Shown here: piece after piece, positions 53,081 to 64,000 of the stretch
Position numbering within the stretch: the first letter of the stretch is position 1
Layout: each line of letters starts with the position of its first letter
Notes under the pieces: generated by a model
Database searches by the model: none
What the model saw: the letters and a program-made list of their open reading frames with translations, nothing else
Told to the model about the DNA's origin: nothing
Source: Eledone cirrhosa
Lineage: Eukaryota
Direction: 5' to 3'
Assembly (NCBI GenBank): GCA_964016885.1
Contig: OZ024747.1
Span: 56,606,001 to 56,670,000, forward strand
DNA: 64,000 bases
Made by a program: the position numbers and the translations under genes

Positions 53081-53138
53081 GCGCATACAAGTCTGCAAAC
53101 ATGACCATGTACACACATAGTTACAGAGAGAGGGAGAC

Positions 53139-53174
<36 letters not shown>

Positions 53175-53232
53175 GTGCATACAAGTCTGCAAACATGACC
53201 ATGTACACACATACTTACAGAGAGAGGGAGAC

Positions 53233-53277
<45 letters not shown>

Positions 53278-53327
53278 TACAAGTCTGCAAACATGACCAT
53301 GTACACACATACTTACAGAGAGAGGGA

Positions 53328-53378
<51 letters not shown>

Positions 53379-54996
53379 GTTCTGTTCTTAGCCCCCTACT
53401 ATTTATTATTGCCCTTCAGGCTATAACAGTGGAGTTCAAGACCGTCTGCCCATGGGAACTCCTATATGCAGATGATCTAACGCTCATAGCTGAATCAATG
53501 GCCGAGCTAGAGAAGAAATTCCAAACATGGAAGCAAGGCCTAGAATCAAAAGGCCTTAAAATTAACCTGGCTAAGACTAAAGTTCTAGTTTGTAGGAAAG
53601 AAAATAAGGCGCTGGTCCCTTCCGGGAAATGGCCATGCTCAGTGTGTAGGAAAGGCGTAGGTAGAAACTCCATTTTATGTCCCAAATGCAAAGTATGGGT
53701 GCATAAAAGATGTAGTGGGATCAGAGGTAAGCTAACTAAGAACATAGATTTTACATGTGGCCGGTGCTCTGGTGCAATAAGTAGCAGCAAGTGCCGACTA
53801 AATACTAGCTCTTTCAATTGCGCAGAGCGTTCTATAGAAATAGTGGACAGCTTCCGTTACCTGGGTGACAAAATCAGCAGTGGGGGAGGGTGCTCTGAAA
53901 GTACAGTAGCTAGAGTTAGAACTGGATGGAAAAAGTTCAGAGAGCTTATACCACTATTAGCCGCTAAAGGGTTCTCCCTAAAAATGAAAGGCAGGCTGTA
54001 TGATGCCTGCATACGAACAGCAATGTTGCATGGCAGTGAGACCTGGGCAATGTGTGCAGAGGATATACGCAGACTAGGGAGGAACGAAGCTTGCATGCTC
54101 CGCTGGATGTGTAATAGTAATATACGCGAACGGCAAAGCATAAACGAACTAAGGGAAAAATTAGAAATAAGTGGGATCAGATGTTGTTTACTCGAGAGAA
54201 GGCTACGTTGGTATGGACACGTGATGCGCATGAAAGACAACAGCTGTATAAAAAAGTGCAGGGCAATAAAGATAGACGGTAGCCATGGAGTAGGCAGACC
54301 CAGAAAAACCGGGGACGACCTGATAAATTCCGACCTCACACACTTACACCTCTCCAAGACAATGTCACTGGACCAAGATCTTTGGCGGTACTCAGTAATA
54401 GAGAAGACCCGCCTTACCTAAATACAAAGTAAAACCTACTACAGTCAGTAGGCATCTCTAACAAAACACACCTCCATCCCACCACCCCCACCGCATCCAC
54501 ACCGCCCCTTTCAATGTAAAGTTATGTTGGTACCACAACATCCAGGCCGAAACAAATGAGATCGTGTAGGTGTCACGACAAAAAAACACACAGTCCACGC
54601 TGTAATGTGGCCGTGTAGGCAACACGGTAAAAACCTCCCAGCCCCACACTGTAAATGTGGTTGGTGTTAGGAAGGGCATCCAGCTGTAGAAAACCCGCCA
54701 GACAGTCCACGCTGTAATGTGGCCGTGTAGGCAACACGGTAAAAACCTCCCAGTCCCACACTGTAAATGTGGTTGGTGTTAGGAAGGGCATCCAGCTGCA
54801 GAAAACCCGCCAGACAGTCCTATGCGAGCAAGACAACCACTCTTGCCTCAAGTGGGAAAACTCCCGTCCAAACCCATGCAAGCGTGGAACATCGACGTTA
54901 AACGATGATGATGATGATGATGATGATATATATATATATATATATACACACTCACACGCATACAAATCTGCAAACACATACTTACAGAGAGAGGGA

Positions 54997-55052
<56 letters not shown>

Positions 55053-55109
55053 GGCATAGAAGTCTGCAAACATGATCATGTACACACATACTTACTGAGA
55101 GAGGGAGAC

Positions 55110-55140
<31 letters not shown>

Positions 55141-55195
55141 TACAAGTCTGCAAACACGACAATGTACACACATACTTACAGAGAGAGGGAGAGTC
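53000..55195. repeat. ~90-bp minisatellite with internal (TA)n(CA)n, split by the RTE at 53378-54927
   Basis: Unit acacatacttacagagagagggagac(at)n(ac)n atacaagtctgcaaacatgaccatgt on both sides of the LINE. Confidence 0.9.
53378..54927 (+). mobile_element. 5'-truncated RTE LINE of the 34574 family, with an open 330-aa ORF remnant (53429-54421)
   Basis: Very similar to the C-terminal third of the intact ORF, including the PHD finger; (GAT)n tail. Confidence 0.95.
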
Positions 55196-55271
55196 AGACT
55201 TATAAATATATATATATATATATATATTCAAGCATAGATAGTCATACACATACATAGTCATATATATAGTC

Positions 55272-55311
<40 letters not shown>

Positions 55312-55438
55312 GTACATATATATATGTAAGTAAGTATATACAATTATGAACATACTCATATATATAAAACGGTATATAATAAATACACATGATTTTATGT
55401 GTGTTAATATAATTATCAATATATTAGATCTTTGAGTG

Positions 55439-55469
<31 letters not shown>

Positions 55470-55599
55470 TTGTGTGAATTACCATATCTGTGTGTATTTG
55501 ACTGTGTATTAATTTATATACATATTGAAAATATACATACACTCATATATCTTGAATATATACATACATTCATATATTATTAAATATACATACATAACT

Positions 55600-55606
55600 A
55601 TGTACA

Positions 55607-55638
<32 letters not shown>

Positions 55639-57008
55639 CATACACCCATACACACACACAGATACATACATACATACACATACACACACATACATACATA
55701 TACATACATACATACATAGATACACACATACATACATACATACATACATACATACATACATACACATACATACACACATACATGCATACATATACATACA
55801 CATACATTCATACATACACACATTCACACATACATACATACACATACATACACATACATACATACATACATACATACATACACATACATACATACATACA
55901 TACATACACACACATACATACATACATACATACACATACACACACATACATACATACACATACATACATACGTACATACATACATACATACATACATACA
56001 TACATACATACATACACATACATACACACATACATGCATACATATACATACACATACATTCATACATACACACATTCACACATACATACATACACATACA
56101 TACACATACATACATACATACATACATACATACACATACATACATACATACATACATACATACATACACACACATACATACATACATACATACATACACA
56201 TACACACACATACATACATACACATACATACATACGTACATACATACACATACACACATATACATACACACATACATACATACACACACACATACATACA
56301 TACACATACATACATACATACATACATACATACATACATACATACATACATACATACACACATACACACATACATATATATATATACACATACACATACA
56401 TACATACATACATACATACATACATACATACACACACATACACATACATACATACATACATACATACATACATACACACATACACACACATACATACATA
56501 CATACATACATACATACATAAACATACACACACATACATACATACATACATACACACATACACACACATACATACATACATACATACATACACATACACA
56601 CATACACACATACACACATACACATACATACATACACACATACACACATACACATACATACATACATACATACACACATACACACACATACATACATACA
56701 TACATACATACATACATACATACACACATACACACATACACATACACATACATACATACATACACACATACACATACATACATACATACATACACACATA
56801 CATACATACATACATACATACATACACACATACACACATACATACATACATACATACATACATACACACATACACACATACACACATACACATACACATA
56901 CATACATACACACATACACATACATACATACATACATACACACATACATACATATATACATACATATATACATACATACATACACACATACATACACACA
57001 TACATACA

Positions 57009-57042
<34 letters not shown>

Positions 57043-57052
57043 CATACATACA
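55600..57052. repeat. (TACA)n/(CA)n tract
   Basis: Direct reading. Confidence 0.95.
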
Positions 57053-57296
57053 TGTTATTTTACCATTCCGTGAAGTTGAGTTCTATAATCAATAATGTTC
57101 TTTGTTGGATTCAATTGGCAACTGATTGCTGAATTTGTAAGGATTCTGTTAAGAGACAATTGGAAACATTTCATTCAATGGGGAGAGTCATGGATGGAGG
57201 TGGAGTGAGGAACAAGTATTGCGGCCAGAAATAATACTTAAATAAATGAATAAATAAAAAAATGAAAACATTTTTGTATCAGTTTCTCTCCCTCTG

Positions 57297-57670
57297 CCAA
57301 CAATAACTACAACAACAATAACAAGGACAATAACAACAGCAATGACACTATTAATAACAACAATAACAACAACAACAACAATAACAACAACAACAACAAC
57401 AACAACACCAACAACGACAACCACAACAACAGCAATGACACTATTAATAACAACAACAACAATAACAACAACATCAATGACACTATTAATAACAACAACA
57501 ACAATGACATTATTAAAAACAACAACAACAACAACAATAACAACACAAGCAACAACAATAACAACAGCAATGACACTATTTATAGCAACAACAACAACAA
57601 CAACAGCATTGCCAATAACAATAGCAACAACAGCAATAACAACAATAACAATAACAATAACAACAAGAAT

Positions 57671-57707
<37 letters not shown>

Positions 57708-57748
57708 TTGCCAATAACAATAGCAACAACAGCAGCAATAACAACAAT

Positions 57749-57785
<37 letters not shown>

Positions 57786-58261
57786 GCAATAACAACAACA
57801 ATAACAACAACAACAACAGCAGCAGCAATAACAACATTGCCACTAACAATAGCAACAACAACAACAACAGCAATAACAACAATAACAACAACAACAACGA
57901 CAACAACAACAATAACAACAACAATAACAACAACAATAACAACATTGCCAATAACAATAGCAACAATAGCAATAACAATAATTAGAGCAACAATAACAAC
58001 AATTGCAATAACAGTAATAACAATATGATAATGTTGGTGATGATGATGATGATGATGATGATACTGATGGTGACAGTGATGATGATGATGGCAATCTGAT
58101 GACGATGACTATGGTGATAGTGATGATGTTGATGCTAAGGATGATGACAATGGTGATGTGTGATGGTAAGGATGATGATGGTGATGATGATGATGATGAT
58201 GATAGTGATAATGACGATGATGCTGACAATGGTTATGTTGATGGTAAGGATGATGATGGTA

Positions 58262-58303
<42 letters not shown>

Positions 58304-58350
58304 GTGATGACAATAAAAATGATGCTGATGAAAATACTGATAATGATAGC
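57297..58350. repeat. (AAC)n tract followed by (GAT)n tract
   Basis: Direct reading. Confidence 0.95.
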
Positions 58351-58419
58351 AATGGTAACAAAGCAAAAACCTAAACAAGGACCACACCCAGCCACCTTAT
58401 TGCTGTCATCCTTCTTTAA

Positions 58420-58841
58420 CCCTTAAGCATTTACATTACCCCACCAGGGTGGTGGATCGGCAGTATCGGTAGAGGGTCGGATGCCATTCTTTGCAGCAAA
58501 GAGTTACGGCCCTTTATGGTCTGAGTTCAAATCCCGCCGAGGTTAACTTTGCCTTTCATCCTTACGGAGGTTGATAAAATAAAGTACCAGTAATACTCTG
58601 GGATAATTGCTGGCCTTGTGCCAAAAGTAGAAACAATTATTTTATATTTACTATTGTATTTTTGTGTTAAAGGCTTTATCTTACATAATTATCTCATATA
58701 ATATCGAATCTATGAGATTTTGATATTTTTTTTTTTGAGAATAATCCCTCAACATCAGTATAAATGGCCAGTTATAGCCGGTTTAAACAGAAAGAGGTGA
58801 GAGAATTCTGGCTGGATATGACCGATTTAAATGCTAAAGGG
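58420..58841. mobile_element. Possible piggyBac-like MITE
   Basis: TTAA + cccttaagcattt ... aaatgctaaaggg; the right-hand TTAA is degenerate. Confidence 0.5.
58447..58640 (+). mobile_element. SINE family A nested in a piggyBac-like MITE
   Basis: Full match to the other copies. Confidence 0.88.
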
Positions 58842-59019
58842 TGACATGTTTGTTCACATGTAAGATCAGGCAAGAATTAACCTGTCTTATTACTGTGACG
58901 TCTCAGTGTCACCATTAATATGTAATTAGTAAACTCATTAACAAGAATTTTAATTTTAATATCTTGACTTGAAAACAAAAGGTCGGGGAGGATAATATTG
59001 ATGATGGGCGAGGGGGTAG

Positions 59020-59161
59020 TGTGTGTGTGTGTGTGGGGGGGGGGGTAGTGAAGATAGTGATGTTGGTGGTGATGATGATGTCGATAATGATGTTACTAGC
59101 TATGATGCTGGTAATGATAGGGGTTGTTGTGATAGTGGTAGTGTTGTTGGTGGTGGTGGTG

Positions 59162-59200
<39 letters not shown>

Positions 59201-59660
59201 GGGGAGCAGGTGGTGGTGGTGTTGGTAATGATGATGATGATGGTGTGGGGGGGGAGCAGGTGGTGGTGGTGGTGGTGGTGATGATGATGATGATGTGGGG
59301 GGGGGGGAGCAGCTAGTGGTGTTGCTGGTAGGAGTGGCTCTGGTGATGGTGGTGGTGGAGCTGGTGGTGGTGTTGGTGTTAGGACTCGTAGTGGTGATGG
59401 TGGTGGTGGTGTTGGTGGTAGGAGTGGTGGTGGAGCTGGTGGTGGTGGGGCTGGTGTTAGGAGTGGTAATGGTGCTGGTGGTGGTGTTGGTGGTAGGAGT
59501 GGTAGTGGCGATGGTGGTGGGGTTGGTGGTAGGAGTGGTAGTGGTGATGGTGGTGGTGTTGATGTTAGGAGTGGTAATGGTGCTGGTGGTGGTGTTGGTG
59601 GTAGGAGTGGTAATGGTGCTGGTGGTGGTGTTGGTGGTAGGAGTGGTAGTGGCGATGGTG
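59020..59660. repeat. (GGT/GAT)n degenerate tract
   Basis: Direct reading. Confidence 0.9.
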
Positions 59661-60059
59661 GAAATAACAAAGCCACTGGTTATGATGCTGATGCACTGTT
59701 AAATATGCTGAATACTATATCTTCCACTGTTTGTCATGTTTCAACAAGGATATTACACAAACTGTACATTCATTAGTATATATGTGCAATACCCAGTAGG
59801 GAGGTCTTTTAAAGGAGAGCAATTTATCTTTCAAGCTCTATTTCCTTAAGATACCCTCTCAGTTTTATTGGTATTACACCTAAATTGCTGATGACAACTG
59901 GAATTCTCTAGATATTGTTAGATGATATTGCATATAAAAAACAAAATCGCGAATATAAGCGGTAGAAATGGGGTTCCTCCAAAGGGTCTACGTAGTAATA
60001 ACATTTCTCAATAAAGTGTGTAGCTCAGAGATCAGAGAGTCACTCCAGGTAGAGCCACT

Positions 60060-60332
60060 ACTTCTTCAAATTGAAAGATCATAGCTCTGATACTATGGGC
60101 ATGTGGTTAGAATGTCTTTGGAAAGAATGGCTGGATAGATTTTTACGGGCAAAATCAACCGGCAGGACACCCAGGGCAAGATTGTTGGATAACAACCATG
60201 ATCTAGCTGGTCTAGCCTGGGGATCCAACCAGGTCAGTTGGAGATGATTCCTTCTGACAGGACCCATTGGAAGGAGTGTTTGATGACTCTGTCCTAATGA
60301 CCCACTCAGGAATAAGTGGGTGAAGAAGAAGA
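60060..60332 (+). mobile_element. Decayed RTE-like 3' end with (GAA)n tail
   Basis: L.YYGHVVRMS remnant and a GRP/RWLD-like remnant; similar to 41900-42180. Confidence 0.55.
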
Positions 60333-60544
60333 AAAGTTAGTATATTTCATTACTTCGTCAAATTGAATTTGTGGATATATTTTGGTCTGTTGGAATGGTA
60401 GTATCAATAATATTCCTTTCAACAATTTATTTTACCTTATTTTCATTGTTTCTACTTATTTATTTATTTGTTTGTTTATTTATTTATTTATTTATTTATT
60501 TCCTTTTTCTATTTAACATTTCTGAGGAAAAATAAAAATAAAAA

Positions 60545-61035
60545 ATCACATCACATTACATTACATCACATTACATCGGATTGCATCACATTACATTGCA
60601 TAACATCGCATCACACCACATTATATCAAATCACATTACACCACATCACATTACATCACATTACATCACACCACATCTCAACGCATTACATCACATTCCA
60701 CCACATCACATTACATCACATCACATTTCCTCACACCACACCACATCGCATTACATCACACTACATCACATGACATCACATTACAGCACATCACATTGCA
60801 TCACATTGCATCACATTGCTTCACAATGCATTGCATCACACCACGCCACATCATATACCACAACATCACATCACATTACATCACATTACATCACATCACA
60901 CTACATTGCATCACATCACACCCCATTACATCACATCACACCACGTTACATCACATTACATCACAACACATTACATCACATTACGCAACATCACACTACA
61001 TAACATCACATTACATCACACCGCATTACATCACA
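60545..61035. repeat. (CATCA/CATTA)n pentanucleotide satellite
   Basis: Direct reading. Confidence 0.95.
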
Positions 61036-61278
61036 TATTGTAAAATTCCCATCATGTGCAACAGTTTCCTGTCAAAGCATATCAGGAAGACATGAAAAGC
61101 AACAACAACAACTACTACTACTACTACTACTACTCCAACAAGAACAACTACAATAACTACTAGTACTACTACAACAATAACAACTACTGCAACAACTACA
61201 ACAGTATCAAAGAGTACTAGAACAACAATATTAATAATAATTATAAAAATCATGTTTCATGAGTTTAGGTTTGGTTAA

Positions 61279-61471
61279 ATAATTGTTTCTACATTTTGGC
61301 ACAAGGCCAGCAATTACCCAGTACATTACTGGTACTTTCTTTTATCGACCCCGTAAGGATGAAAGGCAAAGTTGACCTCGGCGGGATTTGAACTCAGAAT
61401 GGAAAGGGCCGTAACTCTATGCGTCAAAGCATGGCGTCCGGCCATCTACCAATACTGCCAATCCACCGCCC
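61279..61471 (-). mobile_element. SINE family A
   Basis: Full reverse-complement match; flanked by ggtttggttaaataat on both sides (TSD-like). Confidence 0.9.
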
Positions 61472-61645
61472 TTGGTTTGGTTAAATAATGTTTTCCTCGT
61501 GTTTATAAATTTATTGCTGTTGTTATTGTTACTTGTGATGATATTAATGTCGATGAGTTGTTTTCCATTCTTCATCTCAAGAAATTTGAAAAGTTTTCTA
61601 GAGGTAGGTTAAGGAAGAATTTACAAGAATGGCAGAAATATAAAG

Positions 61646-61677
<32 letters not shown>

Positions 61678-61927
61678 CAAAGCAAAATAAATTTATGGAT
61701 AAATATATATATATATATATATACTTTGTTCCCTGTTGATTGTGTTTGTCGATATGTATGTGGCTAGATGTGTTTGTATGTGTGTATATGTGTGCGTGTG
61801 TGTGTGTTTGTGCATGTGTGTGTCTGTATCTATGTGTGTGTGGAGGGTTGATATGTAACTATCTTTCTCTATATGAATACAAATCCACGTATGCATATGT
61901 ATATATATATATGTACGTATGTATATA

Positions 61928-61969
<42 letters not shown>

Positions 61970-62133
61970 CATGTCTATGTGCATGTGTATATTATGTATG
62001 TGTATTTGTATATACCCATGCAAATATATATAAGAAAATACACAAACAAGCATGTGTCTGTGCTTTTTTCTAATCTAAAGACTTCAAGCACTTCATATTT
62101 CCTTGCTTTATTATCATCATTACCATTATTATT

Positions 62134-62190
<57 letters not shown>

Positions 62191-62815
62191 GTTGTTGTTG
62201 TTGCTGTTGTAGTTTGTGTTGTTGTTGTTGTTGTTGTGGATATTTTGAACATCGTTATCCTTTTCAAGGATGAAATACTGATTCTTGATCCTCAATTCCA
62301 GGAAATAACAAAACAAAACAAATAAGAAGAAAAAACCAGCAAAATAATTAAATAAATAAATAATTAAATGAATAAACAAGTAAACAAATAAAAGAAACCA
62401 CCACCACCATCAACAACAACAACAACAACATATAAAAAGGAGTGAACATCAACAAACAAATAAACTAAAACAATAGAAAAATAAAAAAAAAAGTATTAAA
62501 TAAATAACAACAATGTGGTAAAACATTAAAGATGGAAAGAAAGAAGAAAGAAATAAAACAGTAAAATAAAAATAATGAAATAAAACGAACAAATAAAATA
62601 AGGGAATAAAATAAAAAGACAAATTCAGGAATAAAACAAATATGGAAATATAAAGAAAAATTATGTAAGATATAAAATTAAAAAATGAAATATATCAAAT
62701 GTAAAAGTAAAATGGATTCTTTAAAACATACACACACATATATATATATATGTATATATATATATACATATATGTATATATGTGTATATAAATATATATA
62801 TATATACACATATAT

Positions 62816-62869
<54 letters not shown>

Positions 62870-62910
62870 TACAATATATATATATAATATATATATATAT
62901 ATACATATAT

Positions 62911-62992
<82 letters not shown>

Positions 62993-63007
62993 ATATACAT
63001 GCAGACG

Positions 63008-63038
<31 letters not shown>

Positions 63039-63889
63039 ATGTATGTGCATATACAATACAACACACCTCATCAAATTATCAAAACCAAAAAAATAAAAAT
63101 TTGAAAAAAAAAAATGGCAAAGAAAATTAAAATATAAAAATATAATGAAAAAAAAAATAAAGAAGATGGTTAAGAAAAGTGTAATAAAGATAGTCAATAT
63201 CCATACATACACTTATCCCTCTCTCCCTTTCTTTCTCTCTCTCCCTCTCTACCTCGCTCTCCCACTCTCCTTCTCTCTCCCTCACTCCCCCTTTCTTCTT
63301 ATTCCCATTACTTGCAATATGAAAGCTATGTTCTTGCTAGGATCATGAGTGTTCCCCCTTATCATCTGCCTATGTAAATGAATAAATAACAGGGGCAAAT
63401 GGCAAAGATATTGAATTAGATAGTGAAGATTTAACCCTATCAACTTTCTACACGCTTTATTTGATCACGGATTAATTTGACAAATAGGATTACAGTTTTT
63501 TTGAAGATTTTTATTTAGATTTATAAGAGGTTTTGTGACTTTTGAGATTTTTTCTTTTTTGGTGGTTTGGTTTCTAATGCTGCTTTCCTTCTGTCCTTTC
63601 TTCCTTAGACTCAACTCTTTTACAGATTTGTCAATATCCATGTTCCGGCACATGTTTATTTTTTACCCAAATTGTTATATATATATAGATATATATATAT
63701 GTGTGTGTGTGTGTGTGTTGTGTGTGTGTGTGTGTGTATATGTGTATATATATACATATATATATATATATATTTATATGTTATATTATATGTATATATA
63801 TCATACACACATGCACACACATGTATATATGTGCATGTATATATATATATAATATATATGTGTGTGTGTGTGGTAGAGAGCCAATATGC

Positions 63890-63959
<70 letters not shown>

Positions 63960-64000
63960 GTATATAAACATGCATACATAAATACATGCATACATAAATA

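Noticed and set aside
63465-63653. 62-aa Lys-rich minus-strand ORF in unique sequence
   Set aside because: Short, no recognisable motif, and explained by the T-rich opposite strand.

Overview
This is an AT-rich, repeat-saturated eukaryotic window. The SINE/LINE complement and the extreme microsatellite load suggest a cephalopod (octopus-like) genome; this is inference. No host gene can be called with confidence, and almost all ORFs in the track are microsatellite artefacts. All recognisable coding sequence is retroelement-derived: one apparently full-length RTE-clade LINE with an open 1078-aa APE+RT ORF carrying a PHD-type zinc finger (34574-37810), many decayed RTE copies, a 5'-truncated R4/Dong-type element with a restriction-like endonuclease sitting in (TAA)n, CR1 3' ends, two tRNA-derived SINE families and two small MITEs. 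The main hidden signal is non-coding. At least 10 copies of minimal type I hammerhead-ribozyme motifs, in about 8 unrelated sequence contexts, lie in 200-700 bp islands beside (TA)n tracts. Most have a palindromic or near-palindromic stem III, and most have a downstream poly(A) signal. Some are arranged as tandem plus inverted repeats, like Penelope-like pseudo-LTRs or retrozymes. A separate set of snap-back palindromes retains only the 3' half of a hammerhead.
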